Source: Bacilli bacterium (GTDB taxonomy: Bacteria; Bacillota_I; Bacilli_A; RF39; UBA660). Taken from it: 64,000 nucleotides of DNA. Below the pieces are notes generated by a model. The model ran no database searches, was not told the DNA's origin, and was given only the letters and a program-made list of their open reading frames with translations. Positions 1 to 10,350 of the stretch are shown piece after piece. The DNA is taken from positions 74,357-138,356 of the forward strand of contig JAFRUZ010000011.1 in NCBI GenBank assembly GCA_017438635.1, in the 5' to 3' direction. Made by a program: the position numbers and the translations under genes. Each line of letters opens with the position of its first letter. Position 1 is the first letter of the stretch.

Positions 1-397
1 CTTCTCGTAAATCACCAAGATCTTTCATTAAAATAACATCATGCGTTTTATCTTGTTTTAAAGCCTCTTTATTAAGTGCTTTTAAAACTTCAATTTCACT
101 ATTTAAACTAATATCAGTGATTCTAATAACATCACTTATTTCACTAAGCATAGGAATTCTAATAGTCATAAGTTTAGCTTTAACTTTACCCTTTAAAGGT
201 TCAAGATGTTCTAGTCTTGATGAAGCAATAATAGGAAGACCCATTTCATCATATTTTAAAGCCATATCTAAAGAACCATTAAATCCTTTTATGACTCCTG
301 CAACATCAATACTATCCTTACCACAAAATGACTTTAATTCTTTTATATTATGCTCTAGTTTTTTTAAATCAATAATTAGTCTAGGATACTTTAACAT
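1..397 (-). CDS. PLP-dependent alanine-racemase-fold enzyme (amino-acid/ornithine racemase-like, COG3457), N-terminal part; runs off the window start
   Basis: The minus-strand translation from the ATG at 397 reads MLKYPRLIIDLKKLEHNIKELKSFCGKDSIDVAGVIKGFNG..., which resembles N-termini of the alanine racemase N-domain family. Its start overlaps the upstream stop (TAATG). The plus-strand ORF 117..482 on the opposite strand is judged spurious. Confidence 0.45.
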   Translation of the reverse strand, partial: MLKYPRLIIDLKKLEHNIKELKSFCGKDSIDVAGVIKGFNGSLDMALKYDEMGLPIIASSRLEHLEPLKGKVKAKLMTIRIPMLSEISDVIRITDISLNSEIEVLKALNKEALKQDKTHDVILMKDLGDLRE

Positions 398-2187
398 TAA
401 TTATCATCCTTTTTTACTTTATCTTTTATTTTTTCTTCTTTTTCTAAAACAGTATACGCTACTTTACCTACTAAAGTCTTAGGAAGTTCTCTTCTAAATT
501 CAAAGATTCTAGGCATTGAATACTTAGCAATATGCCTTTCGCAGTATTCTTTTATTTCTTCCTCTACTTCATCAGTAAGTTTTACTTCTTTTTTTAATAC
601 GATAAATGCTTTTGCTATTTCTCCACGATACTGATCAGGTACACCAATTACAGTAGAACTTGATACGTATTCATGTTTATTTATAACTGTTTCTATATAT
701 GAAGGATATATATTATAACCCGAAGATATAATTATTCTCTTTAAACGGGATTTGAAATAGACAAAACCATCATTGTCCATACAACCGATATCACCAGTAT
801 GAAGCCATACTTTACCATCATTATGTTTTTTTAGTGTTTCTGCAGTTTCTTCTGGTTCATTCAAATATCCTTGCATTACAGTAGGACCACATATACATAT
901 TTCACCATCTTCCATAGGCTTTACTTCTTTAGTAGTACCTATCTTAACTATCTTATATATATTGTCTGGAAAAGGAACACCAATAGAACCTGGTTTATGC
1001 ATTTCTGTTGGTGAAAGGCATGTTGCAGCAGTTGCTTCTGTAAGTCCATAACCAACTCTAATCTTGGCAGTTGAACCATATTTCTTAAACATATCATTAT
1101 ACTTTTTATAATTTTCTTCATCCATTGTATCTCCACCAGAAACAATACAATTAATCGAAGAAAAATCACCTGGTTTAATTCCTGAAGAATTATAAAGAGC
1201 TTCAAATAAAGTAGGAACACCTACAAAAAAGTTAGGTTTTGACTCTCTGATTAATTTAATTAATTTACTAGCCTTAAAAGTTGGAACCAAAAAGCATGTC
1301 ATACCTACACGAAGAGGTGCATGAATGCAAACTCCAAGTCCAAACCCATGAAATATAGGCATAATAGAAAGAACTGAATCCCCTTCTTTAGAAAGTTCAC
1401 ACATAAGATTAGCACCAACAGCAAGAACATTAAAGTTATAATTTGATAGCATTATACCTTTTGGAGTACCGCTAGTACCACCACTATAAAGAATAGCGGC
1501 TGTATCAGAACTACTTACTTCTGCACCATAATCTTCATAGTACAAATGACCTCTTTTAATAAATCTTTTATATGATATAACTTCCCTATTTTTAAATGCT
1601 TTTAAAAACACTTGTTTTATCTTTTTAATAGCTTTAGTCAAATCAGTCTTAAAAATGTTATACATAAGTTTTTTTAAACCTTTTAAGTCATCTCCAGCAG
1701 AAGATACTATTATTTTAGTAACGTGTGTATTGTTTATAACATTCATAATTTTTTTATAATCGACATCAATTGTCAAAATAGCTTTAGATTCCGTTTTATT
1801 CAAATAAAACTCAATTTCTTTCTCACTAGAAAGAGGATGAATCATATTAGCAATTGCACCCACCATATTAACAGCATAAAACATATATATAGCTGTCGGA
1901 GTATTAGGCATACAAATACTAACGATATCACCCTTTTTTATTCCTAAACCTTTTAATGCTTTCGCACATTCTATTATTTTATCAGCAAGTTCCCTATAAG
2001 TAATTTTATTATTGTAATACACAAGAGCAATGTTATCAGGATACTTAAATGCCGTTTGAACAATAACATCCACCATAGATCCCTTAGGATATTCTATATG
2101 TTCGGGAACATCTTTATAAAACTTATACCATGGATAACTATTATTACTTTTATTTAATTTCAATTTTTTCATTAGCATTACCTTCAA
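397..2187 (-). CDS. AMP-dependent synthetase/ligase (long-chain acyl-CoA synthetase, FadD-like)
   Basis: A 596-aa protein with the AMP-binding signature YSGGTSGTPKG and overall acyl-CoA ligase architecture. The true start is probably MKKLKL at 2172, where an RBS GAAGGT lies 7 nt upstream. Confidence 0.85.
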   Translation of the reverse strand: MKVMLMKKLKLNKSNNSYPWYKFYKDVPEHIEYPKGSMVDVIVQTAFKYPDNIALVYYNNKITYRELADKIIECAKALKGLGIKKGDIVSICMPNTPTAIYMFYAVNMVGAIANMIHPLSSEKEIEFYLNKTESKAILTIDVDYKKIMNVINNTHVTKIIVSSAGDDLKGLKKLMYNIFKTDLTKAIKKIKQVFLKAFKNREVISYKRFIKRGHLYYEDYGAEVSSSDTAAILYSGGTSGTPKGIMLSNYNFNVLAVGANLMCELSKEGDSVLSIMPIFHGFGLGVCIHAPLRVGMTCFLVPTFKASKLIKLIRESKPNFFVGVPTLFEALYNSSGIKPGDFSSINCIVSGGDTMDEENYKKYNDMFKKYGSTAKIRVGYGLTEATAATCLSPTEMHKPGSIGVPFPDNIYKIVKIGTTKEVKPMEDGEICICGPTVMQGYLNEPEETAETLKKHNDGKVWLHTGDIGCMDNDGFVYFKSRLKRIIISSGYNIYPSYIETVINKHEYVSSSTVIGVPDQYRGEIAKAFIVLKKEVKLTDEVEEEIKEYCERHIAKYSMPRIFEFRRELPKTLVGKVAYTVLEKEEKIKDKVKKDDN

Positions 2188-3013
2188 GTAATTTTGGATT
2201 GTTCATAATGTATTGGAATAATTGCATTGATTTAATCATATAGAAACCATCTGCAATTCCTTCATCAAGTGTCATACCAAAATCACAGAAATCTCTTATT
2301 TCCTTAGTACCGTCATCGTTAACTACTTCTTTTTTATAAATTTTACCCATAGTAGCTAATATACTATTTGTACCAAAATCAGTAATGTTATGATAAATAC
2401 CCCCAGTACATCCAATAGCACCAATATTAGAAAGAATTACTGAACTATAGTATAAAAGTTCATTAGCAAGATCACTAGGTAATAAATCATGTCTATCTAA
2501 AAGCATAAACATACCTACAACTGGTCTTCTTAAGATTTTAGGCATATGTCCTACAAAAGAAACTAATTTATCTCCACCAGTTTGAGAACTTGTTCTTGCC
2601 TTTTTAACATTACCTGATATTTTTTCACTAAGAGTAAATATATTATCATTTTCTTCAACTTTTAATATTTGCATAAGTTCTTCAGCAGTATCAGTAAATT
2701 CAGTCTTTGCAACAAAAGATAACACTACGTCATTTCTTTGATAGAATTTACCATTAATTATAAATATATTAAGTTGTGGTCTATTATAAATAACTTTTGC
2801 AATACCCGTTGAAAACAAATGAAATATAGTAATATGTCTATCTTTTTTCTTATTTAGTTTTTCCCTATACTTAAGAAGTTCAGTAACATCAATAGGATAA
2901 TCTATATATACTTCCCTATCTGCTCTTTTTTTCTTGATGTCACTCATAACATACATCATACCGTTTAAATTCTTTAATTTTTTCCCATCTCTACGATCTC
3001 CAAATTTTTTCAT
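2150..3013 (-). CDS. 2-oxoacid dehydrogenase E2-type acyltransferase catalytic-domain-like protein (CAT-fold)
   Basis: About 287 aa starting MKKFGDRRDGKK, with a C-terminal DEGIADGFY motif resembling the DHRxxDG catalytic motif of E2/CAT-fold acyltransferases. It is translationally coupled to the acyl-CoA synthetase. Confidence 0.4.
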   Translation of the reverse strand: MKKFGDRRDGKKLKNLNGMMYVMSDIKKKRADREVYIDYPIDVTELLKYREKLNKKKDRHITIFHLFSTGIAKVIYNRPQLNIFIINGKFYQRNDVVLSFVAKTEFTDTAEELMQILKVEENDNIFTLSEKISGNVKKARTSSQTGGDKLVSFVGHMPKILRRPVVGMFMLLDRHDLLPSDLANELLYYSSVILSNIGAIGCTGGIYHNITDFGTNSILATMGKIYKKEVVNDDGTKEIRDFCDFGMTLDEGIADGFYMIKSMQLFQYIMNNPKLLEGNANEKIEIK

Positions 3014-3150
3014 AAATAACCTACTTTCTAAAAAATAATACAAGTTAATTATACCATAAAAACATATAAAGTGAATATTATTTTATCATAACTAAAGTAC
3101 CTTTTATACTCTAAATGAATATAATAAACTGTAACTAAAAGGAGGATAAT

Positions 3151-4134
3151 ATGAAAAAAATACTTATTATTGTTACTAGCATAATAGTGTTAATCGTTAT
3201 TTCATTAATATATAGTTTTGATAGCAGTAACAATAATTCAAAACTAACAAAAGTTAAGGTAGCAGAAGTAACTCATAGTGTATTTTATGCACCTCAATAT
3301 GTTGCAATAGAAAAAGGATATTTTAAAGAAGAAGGATTGGATATAGAACTAACCTTAACAAGTGGTGCTGATAATGTTATGGCAGCAGTCTTATCAGGAG
3401 ACGCAAACATAGGATTATCTGGATCAGAAGCCACTATTTACGTATATAACAAAGGTGAAAAAGACTACATAAAAACATTTGCACAGTTAACTCAAAAAGA
3501 TGGCTCATTTTTAATATCTCGAAAACAAATTAATAATTTTACAATTGACGACTTAAAAAGAAAATATGTGATTGGAGGTCGTCTCGGAGGTATGCCTGAA
3601 ATGACTTTAGAGTATATCTTAAAACAAAACAATATTAACCCTAGTAAAGACCTAACTATTGATACAAGTATAGAATTTGCAGCAATGGCAGGAGCCTTTA
3701 TCGGAGGAACTGGAGATTTTGTAACTCTATTTGAACCACTTGCTACTCAAATAGTAAATGAAGGATATGGATATAAAGTAGCACAACTTGGAACACTTAC
3801 AGATAATGTTCCATATACAGCATATAACGCTAGAAAAAGTTATATAAGTAAAAATAAAGAAACAATAACAAAATTTACAAGAGCTATTCAAAAAGGATTA
3901 GATTTTGTAAACAAAAATGATAGCGATACAATAGCAAAAACAATAATGAATCAGTTTCCAGATACTTCGTATAATGATATAAAAAATGCTGTAGAAAGTT
4001 ATAAGAAGAACGATACTTGGCCAAAGACAACTACTTTTACTAAAAAGTCATTTGATCACTTACAAGACATTGTAATAGAAGCAGGTTTTTTAAAAAATAA
4101 AGTGAGTTACAATGATTTAATAAATGCAAAATAA
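3151..4134 (+). CDS. ABC transporter substrate-binding protein (NMT1/SsuA/TauA-like; sulfonate/nitrate/taurine family)
   Basis: N-terminal signal anchor and a periplasmic-binding-protein fold. A strong RBS AAGGAGG lies upstream, and it is followed by the ATPase and permease genes. Confidence 0.8.
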   Translation: MKKILIIVTSIIVLIVISLIYSFDSSNNNSKLTKVKVAEVTHSVFYAPQYVAIEKGYFKEEGLDIELTLTSGADNVMAAVLSGDANIGLSGSEATIYVYNKGEKDYIKTFAQLTQKDGSFLISRKQINNFTIDDLKRKYVIGGRLGGMPEMTLEYILKQNNINPSKDLTIDTSIEFAAMAGAFIGGTGDFVTLFEPLATQIVNEGYGYKVAQLGTLTDNVPYTAYNARKSYISKNKETITKFTRAIQKGLDFVNKNDSDTIAKTIMNQFPDTSYNDIKNAVESYKKNDTWPKTTTFTKKSFDHLQDIVIEAGFLKNKVSYNDLINAK

Positions 4135-4876
4135 TTTATTAAAAATAAAAAATCTAAACAAAATATATCACAGTATAGATAAAGAACTTTATGCTTTAAA
4201 AGACATAAGTTTTAACGTAAAAGAAAATGAATTTATATCAATCGTAGGACCATCTGGATGCGGAAAATCAACAATCTTATCAATCATATCTAATATGATA
4301 CCAAAGACAAGTGGAACAATAGAATTTAGTATTAAAAACCCAAGAATTGGTTATATGCTGCAAGAAGATGCATTATTTTCTTGGAGAACTGTTTTAGATA
4401 ATGCCTGTCTAGGATTAGAAATAAAAAAAGAACTAAATAAAAAAACAAAGAATAAAGTAATTAAACTATTAAAAAAATATGGACTAAATGATTTTATATA
4501 TAGTTATCCAAATAGTTTATCTGGAGGTTTAAAACAAAGAGTTGCATTAATTAGAACATTAGCGTTAAATCCCGATATACTTTTATTAGATGAACCCTTT
4601 TCTGCTTTAGATTATCAAACAAGACTTGCCCTATCTGATGATTTAAAAAATATAATAACAAATGAAAAGAAAACAACCATAATGGTAACTCACGATATAG
4701 CAGAAGCAATTAGTATGTCAGACAAAGTAATAATTTTAACTAAAAGACCTGGGACAATTAAAAAAGTAATAGAAATAAACTTAGATAAAAAAGGTAATCC
4801 CACTGAAAACAGAAAAGATAAATACTTTGCTAAATATTATGAAACGATTTGGAAAGAACTTGATCATCATGTATAG
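4124..4876 (+). CDS. ABC transporter ATP-binding protein (SsuB/TauB-like)
   Basis: Walker A GPSGCGKST, ABC signature LSGGLKQR and Walker B LLLDEPFSALD. It overlaps the SBP gene stop. Confidence 0.9.
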   Translation: MQNNLLKIKNLNKIYHSIDKELYALKDISFNVKENEFISIVGPSGCGKSTILSIISNMIPKTSGTIEFSIKNPRIGYMLQEDALFSWRTVLDNACLGLEIKKELNKKTKNKVIKLLKKYGLNDFIYSYPNSLSGGLKQRVALIRTLALNPDILLLDEPFSALDYQTRLALSDDLKNIITNEKKTTIMVTHDIAEAISMSDKVIILTKRPGTIKKVIEINLDKKGNPTENRKDKYFAKYYETIWKELDHHV

Positions 4877-5654
4877 TAAAGAACATAAAAAGTACTTAAA
4901 AAGAATAAAAAAGGAAAAAGTAATAGTTACCTTTTTTAGAATTTTCATAATAATATTTTTTATAACCATGTGGGAAGTATTAGCCAGAAATGAAATAATA
5001 AATCCTTTTTTAACATCATCACCAAAGAAAGTAATAGAAACAATTATAGAATTATATAAACAAAACAATCTATTTAAACACATATGGACTACTCTTTATG
5101 AAACTATAATAAGTTTTTCTATTGCAAGCATAATTGGAATTATAACTGCTAGTATACTATGGAGTAATAATACCATATCAAAAATACTAGATCCCTACTT
5201 AACAGTTTTAAACTCTCTTCCTAAAGTATCTTTAGGACCACTTATTATTATTTGGATAGGTGCAAATACTAATTCAATAGTCTTCATGACTCTTTTAATT
5301 ACAGTTTTTACAGCAATTATTAATACCTATACTGCTTTTATAAATACTGATAATAAAAAAATAATACTTTTAAAAACTTTTGGAGCTTCCAAAATACAAA
5401 TATTTACCAAATTAGTACTAAGAGGAAATACAAAAGCACTAGTTAATACACTAAAAATATGTATAAGTCTATCTTTAATTGGAGTCATTATGGGAGAACT
5501 ATTAGTATCAAAAAAAGGATTAGGATACCTAATTACATATGGATCCCAAGTATTTAATTTAAACCTAGTAATAACGTCAATATTTATATTAGGAATTATG
5601 TCTTACCTACTATATCTTATGATTGATTTGTTAGAAAAAAAGATAAATAAATAA
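4869..5654 (+). CDS. ABC transporter permease (SsuC/TauC-like)
   Basis: Multi-TM protein with a binding-protein-dependent transport motif region. The start is uncertain: ATG 4869 overlaps the upstream stop, and TTG 4827 and ATG 4839 are alternatives. Confidence 0.75.
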   Translation: MYSKEHKKYLKRIKKEKVIVTFFRIFIIIFFITMWEVLARNEIINPFLTSSPKKVIETIIELYKQNNLFKHIWTTLYETIISFSIASIIGIITASILWSNNTISKILDPYLTVLNSLPKVSLGPLIIIWIGANTNSIVFMTLLITVFTAIINTYTAFINTDNKKIILLKTFGASKIQIFTKLVLRGNTKALVNTLKICISLSLIGVIMGELLVSKKGLGYLITYGSQVFNLNLVITSIFILGIMSYLLYLMIDLLEKKINK

Positions 5655-5680
5655 CGAAGATATTCTTCGTTATTTTATTA
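5653..5680. terminator. Bidirectional intrinsic terminator hairpin (AACGAAGAtattCTTCGTT) flanked by T/A runs
   Basis: Perfect 8-bp inverted repeat immediately after the permease stop. Confidence 0.55.
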
Positions 5681-6114
5681 GCATGTACTCTTTTGAAATA
5701 ATTTTTGTAGTGCTTTTTCTGATATTACATCATAATTATTAGCATTTCTTATAATAATAGGATTTTTAATGAAATCATTTATGGTAGTTTCTTCTTATCT
5801 TCATCGAACCAAATAATCTGACAAAAATGGCTCCAGTTTAATTTGGCAGACACTGTCTGCCATTTTCTAAACACATTATAAAATTGACGCATATTTCTTA
5901 AGTTTCTTTGACTATAACCTTTTCCTATTTCAAAAGTTAACTTTGCTGAATACTTTTTTATTATCCCCTCGCCATAATGTTTACCTGCTGCATCAAGTAA
6001 TTTCCCAACATTGTAATAAACCTCTAATTCGTTTTTGTTTAAAAAATAATTCTTTACCTGTTTATTAATTTCATTATTTATTAACTCTTTTTTTATTTCG
6101 TTATAATAATTCAC
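5678..6114 (-). pseudogene. Truncated/frameshifted DUF1016 (YhcG-like PD-(D/E)XK nuclease) remnant
   Basis: The 111-aa ORF matches only the DUF1016 N-domain (…SQRNLRNMRQFY…WQTVSAKLNWSHF…). After its stop the homology continues in another frame (DFIKNPIIIRNANNYDVISEKALQ, resembling IKDPYVFEFLGL…SEKDLE) and then ends. The nuclease domain is missing. Confidence 0.5.
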
Positions 6115-6680
6115 AATTCTATCTCCTTTTTTAAATACGCAATATATATAAGTTGTTTATTACTAGATTTACAAGTAGTAAGAATAAGTTTTCTATTACT
6201 ACTATTATCCTTTATATTAATATCTCCATCTTTCTTTTCTTCATAATATTTCACTATTTCATATTTATATTTTTTATTGTCATAATAAATATAAATAATA
6301 TCTCCAATCGATAAATTTGATAAATTTCTAAAAAAAGATATATGTGAATTACCACTATGAGCTGCCAAAATAAAGGTACTATTCTTTTCATTTGGCAACA
6401 TAAATGGTTTAAGTATTGTTATATTTTCATTTATATTATTATGAATAGAAAAAGGATTAACAAATCCTTTTTTTAACTTTATTTTAGGAATTTCTAATAC
6501 TCCAATATAACTATAATCTGATAAATCATTATTTTTACTAATATTATTATTAACAAAAAACTTCTCTATCCTTTTATTACTAGCATTAAGTATTATATAA
6601 CTGCCTACTTTATCACAAGTAAGTAATACAATTCCAACAATTATAAATAATAAAAATACAATTCTAATGAAACTTTTCAT
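6111..6680 (-). CDS. Sortase (class B-like cysteine transpeptidase)
   Basis: N-terminal TM anchor, a His in AAHSGNSHISFF and the catalytic LILTTC motif. It overlaps the 3' end of the adhesin gene. Confidence 0.75.
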   Translation of the reverse strand: MKSFIRIVFLLFIIVGIVLLTCDKVGSYIILNASNKRIEKFFVNNNISKNNDLSDYSYIGVLEIPKIKLKKGFVNPFSIHNNINENITILKPFMLPNEKNSTFILAAHSGNSHISFFRNLSNLSIGDIIYIYYDNKKYKYEIVKYYEEKKDGDINIKDNSSNRKLILTTCKSSNKQLIYIAYLKKEIEL

Positions 6681-8712
6681 AAATAAAATAACTTGACCCA
6701 CTTAAAATAAATATACTAGCTATAACACCAATAATATTAAAAGCACTTGTCTTAGGAACACTAATAGTATATGGATCATTTTTAATAATTACTTCAACTG
6801 CTTCACCATCTTCATCTATCTCTATACAATGTTTTTCATCACTACTTTTATAACCCTCCAGAGACTTTGTCTCTACTATACAGTACTTTCCTGCAATTAT
6901 ATTATCAATACTGATTTCACCATTTTTATCAGTAGTTGCCTTAAACATCGGTTTATCAACACCTTTTAAATATATATCGAACTGTACACCTTCCAATAGT
7001 TCATTAGTTTTACTATCCTTCTTTATTATTTTTAAAGAACCCTCTTTTCTATAATTCTTCATATTTGCTTTAATTACTTTACCATTTTCTAGAACTTCAA
7101 AAAACATTTTATCAGTATTTAATCTATAATACTTAGGTGCCTCTTTTTCTAAAATATAATAATTACCAATATCTAAATTTGGTAAAACTATTTTCCCATT
7201 TTTATCTGTTTTACCACTATAGATTAATGTGTCATCTTCTTTATAAATTTCAATTAAAGTATTAGGAATTGATATATCTAATGGATAATCTGTCTTAGAA
7301 AACTCTAAAATTGATTTCTTTACATTTTTAATTTTCTTTTCATAAACCTTTTCCATTTTTATGTTAACAATCACATCATCACTAAACACGTATCCTTCAG
7401 AACCGCTTATCTGCCTAAGAAAATAAGATCCATATGGCAAAGATATACTAGCCTCTCCATTTTGATCAGTAGTAATTGTACTTACTACTTTACCTTTACT
7501 ATCAATTATTTCAAACGATGCATCTTCTTCAAAAACATATTTTTCATCTGCACCACCTTTAGTTTTTACTATTTTTAAAGTTCCCTTTATTACTTCATTT
7601 TTAACATTAATTATGATGTTGTCATTATTTCCATCTAAAGTAAATGAATAGTTTTCTTCATCAATCTTATAACCTGTTGGAGCTTTCGTCTCTTTTAATA
7701 TATAGTTTCCATAATCAAGACCTATTTTAGCTATACCATTAGAGTCTGTTTTTATTGTTTTTACAAGTTCACTATTAGTATTATAAATACTAAACTCTGC
7801 ATTTTTTAAAGTAGCATCTCCCAAAGGAATAGCAAGATTAGTGTCTAAATCTAATTTCTGAACTTTTAAAAAACCACCATTAACCTCCAAAGTGAAATAA
7901 AACTGTTGTTCTTGAGGTGCTCCCATTCTTATAATATCTTGAAAATCTGAACTAACTAATGCTCCAAAAACATCATTTGTTTTTGATTCAATCTTATAAC
8001 CAATTCGATATGGACTACTATACTCTGAATAAACTATTAATTTATTATTATTTTTAGTAAGTTCTACTCTATTAGAACTTTGAAACAAAGTATAATTATG
8101 AAAAACCTTATTTGTATCATTTAAAGTAATTGTCTCACCAGTTTTTACTGTTATATTTTTATTAGCAAAACTTGGAACTTTATAATAATTATTAACTAAT
8201 GTATTTAACTCTGTTACTTCACTAGCATACAAAGAAGCCAAAGGAGTTGCATTACGACTCTCTTTAAAAGTCCAAGTTAAATCAGGTCTCATTACTCTCC
8301 ATATCATTACTTGTGTTATACCATACCATTTTTTATTAGTATGGTCTACATAATCATCTTTATATCCATATCCATAATATGCAAGAAGTTGAACCTTTTT
8401 ATATTTTTCTTCAGTTAAATCAGTCTTGCTTATTATTTCGTCCTTATCAGTATAAATATTATGAGAACCAGATGAAGATCCCTCCAAAGGTGTCGCAGGA
8501 TCAATACAGTAATAAATCTTATCATCAGCAGTAGATTTTATCATCCAACTATTATAATCCATATATCCATTTGATTCTTCTGCAAAAACTGTAAAACCAG
8601 AATCAGGATGCCACACCTCATACAATTTGCCATTATAACTACTAGCATATACCCTATTTATTCCAATTATTAATGACAATAATGCCATTAAAAAATAACT
8701 AATTTTCCTCAT
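6664..8712 (-). CDS. Cell-wall-anchored adhesin with N-terminal thioester domain (TED/TQXA) and four CnaB/SpaA-type repeats
   Basis: RBS AAAGGAG before ATG 8712. Signal peptide MRKISYFLMALLSLIIGINRVYA. A YYCIDP cysteine motif plus ITQVMIW matches the thioester Cys…TQxxIW pattern. There are four ~90-aa repeats of the form G(E/K)I…Y.L.E…P.GY (prealbumin-like fold). The C-terminus has SVPKTS followed by a hydrophobic stretch and a K/F tail, consistent with a sortase sorting signal. Confidence 0.7.
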   Translation of the reverse strand: MRKISYFLMALLSLIIGINRVYASSYNGKLYEVWHPDSGFTVFAEESNGYMDYNSWMIKSTADDKIYYCIDPATPLEGSSSGSHNIYTDKDEIISKTDLTEEKYKKVQLLAYYGYGYKDDYVDHTNKKWYGITQVMIWRVMRPDLTWTFKESRNATPLASLYASEVTELNTLVNNYYKVPSFANKNITVKTGETITLNDTNKVFHNYTLFQSSNRVELTKNNNKLIVYSEYSSPYRIGYKIESKTNDVFGALVSSDFQDIIRMGAPQEQQFYFTLEVNGGFLKVQKLDLDTNLAIPLGDATLKNAEFSIYNTNSELVKTIKTDSNGIAKIGLDYGNYILKETKAPTGYKIDEENYSFTLDGNNDNIIINVKNEVIKGTLKIVKTKGGADEKYVFEEDASFEIIDSKGKVVSTITTDQNGEASISLPYGSYFLRQISGSEGYVFSDDVIVNIKMEKVYEKKIKNVKKSILEFSKTDYPLDISIPNTLIEIYKEDDTLIYSGKTDKNGKIVLPNLDIGNYYILEKEAPKYYRLNTDKMFFEVLENGKVIKANMKNYRKEGSLKIIKKDSKTNELLEGVQFDIYLKGVDKPMFKATTDKNGEISIDNIIAGKYCIVETKSLEGYKSSDEKHCIEIDEDGEAVEVIIKNDPYTISVPKTSAFNIIGVIASIFILSGSSYFIYEKFH

Positions 8713-8899
8713 TATTTCTCCTTTCGACAAAGACTATAACAAAAGAAAAAACGATTGTAAAATGGGCTTTTTTAACGTTTTAACTACATAAAAAAGAAGA
8801 AAAACAAAAAAAATATATACACTTTTTTACAATGTATATACTATTATTCAATTAAATTACTTATTTCATACTTTTTAATTTTTTTTAATATAATTTACT

Positions 8900-9613
8900 A
8901 TGATAAATTTTCTAAAAGGAATTATTGTTGGTATATTTAATATTATTCCTGGTCTATCAGGTAGTGCTATGTTAGTAGTTTTTAATCTATATGAAAAATG
9001 TTTAAAAGCGATTAGTGACTTATTTAAAAGTCCTAAACAATCATTTACTTTTTTATTTCCTATTGGAGCAGGAATAATAATTGGCACATATTCTTTTAGT
9101 AATATTATTTTTGTTTTGTTAAAAAGTTATCCCTTAGAAACATATATTATTTTTACTATACTTATTATTACAACTATTCCTAATCTATTTAAAGAAGGAA
9201 CAAAAAATGGATTTAAAAAAGATTATTTAATTCCTTTTATAATTACTTTTACTATCGGTATATTATTTATCTTTTTAGATATAAAAGATTTAAATTATAA
9301 CATTGATTACAGTTTTTTAGGATTATTAAAATACTTATTAATTGGAATAATTCTTTCATTCTCTACAGTAATACCAGGTATATCTACAACAGTTCTTTTA
9401 TCTATAATTAATTTATATGGAATATATATATACAGTATTTCTACTTTCAATATGTTTGTTCTAATTCCTATTTTTATTAGTTTTACTATTACTACTTTTC
9501 TTATATCTAAATTAATAAATTATTTATTAAACAAGTATTATGGCTATACATATTTTGCTATACTTGGTTTTTGCTTATCTACTTTTTTATGTTTTATAAA
9601 GGTGTTTATATGA
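8900..9613 (+). CDS. DUF368 family membrane protein (polyprenyl-phosphate transporter-like)
   Basis: N-terminal IPGLSGSAM motif typical of DUF368, and a polytopic membrane protein. Confidence 0.65.
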   Translation: MINFLKGIIVGIFNIIPGLSGSAMLVVFNLYEKCLKAISDLFKSPKQSFTFLFPIGAGIIIGTYSFSNIIFVLLKSYPLETYIIFTILIITTIPNLFKEGTKNGFKKDYLIPFIITFTIGILFIFLDIKDLNYNIDYSFLGLLKYLLIGIILSFSTVIPGISTTVLLSIINLYGIYIYSISTFNMFVLIPIFISFTITTFLISKLINYLLNKYYGYTYFAILGFCLSTFLCFIKVFI

Positions 9614-10350
9614 ATACTAATATAGCTTTTATACTTTCTACTATTGCAGGTTTTTCTACATTAATTGGATCATTTGTTATCTTCCTATCAAAAAAGAAAA
9701 GCCTAAACTTTTTAATCGGTGGTATTTCTTTTGCCTCTTCTGTTATGTTATTTTTATCTTTATTTGATTTATTTCCAGAAAGCATTCATTTTTTTTCATA
9801 TATTTATAAACCTTTTATAAGTATTATTCTATCTTTAATATTTTTATCACTAGGTATGTGTATATCTATAATTATAGATCAAGTATTTCCCAATACTTTT
9901 AATGAAAAATCACTATATAAACTTGGAATTATAACTGCCATTGGAATAATCATCCATAACATTCCTGAAGGTATTGCTACTTTTATTACAACAAGTAAAG
10001 ATATACATTTAGGTCTATCACTTACTATAGCTATAGCAATGCATAATATTCCTGAAGGAATAAGTATATCACTACCTATATACTATTACTCAAGAAGTTT
10101 TAAGAAAGCTTTTCTTTATACATTTATATGTGCAATATCAGAACCTTTCGGAGCCTTAATTGCTTATTTGTTTTTAAAGCCATCATATCAAATATTTGGA
10201 GTGATTTATGCCATTATATCTGGAATAATGATTCATATATCTATTTATGAACTATTACCTGAAATAAACAAATATAAAAGGTATAGAATAACTTATATAT
10301 TCTATACCTTAGGAATTATACTTGTTTTAATCAATTTTTTATTATTTTAA
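9610..10350 (+). CDS. zupT: ZIP-family zinc transporter ZupT
   Basis: Two HNIPEG(I/V) motifs and a multi-TM topology. The ATGA overlap suggests translational coupling to the DUF368 gene. Confidence 0.85.
   Translation: MNTNIAFILSTIAGFSTLIGSFVIFLSKKKSLNFLIGGISFASSVMLFLSLFDLFPESIHFFSYIYKPFISIILSLIFLSLGMCISIIIDQVFPNTFNEKSLYKLGIITAIGIIIHNIPEGIATFITTSKDIHLGLSLTIAIAMHNIPEGISISLPIYYYSRSFKKAFLYTFICAISEPFGALIAYLFLKPSYQIFGVIYAIISGIMIHISIYELLPEINKYKRYRITYIFYTLGIILVLINFLLF

Noticed and set aside
117-482. Plus-strand 121-aa ORF at the window start
   Set aside because: The opposite strand encodes a well-formed alanine-racemase-fold N-terminus and the 3' end of the acyl-CoA synthetase. This ORF is low-complexity (I/L/F-rich), typical of antisense ORFs in AT-rich DNA.
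948-1947. Antisense ORFs (948..1220 minus, 1723..1947 plus) inside the acyl-CoA synthetase gene
   Set aside because: They are embedded in a strongly supported CDS with clear AMP-binding motifs. They have no RBS and a low-complexity composition.
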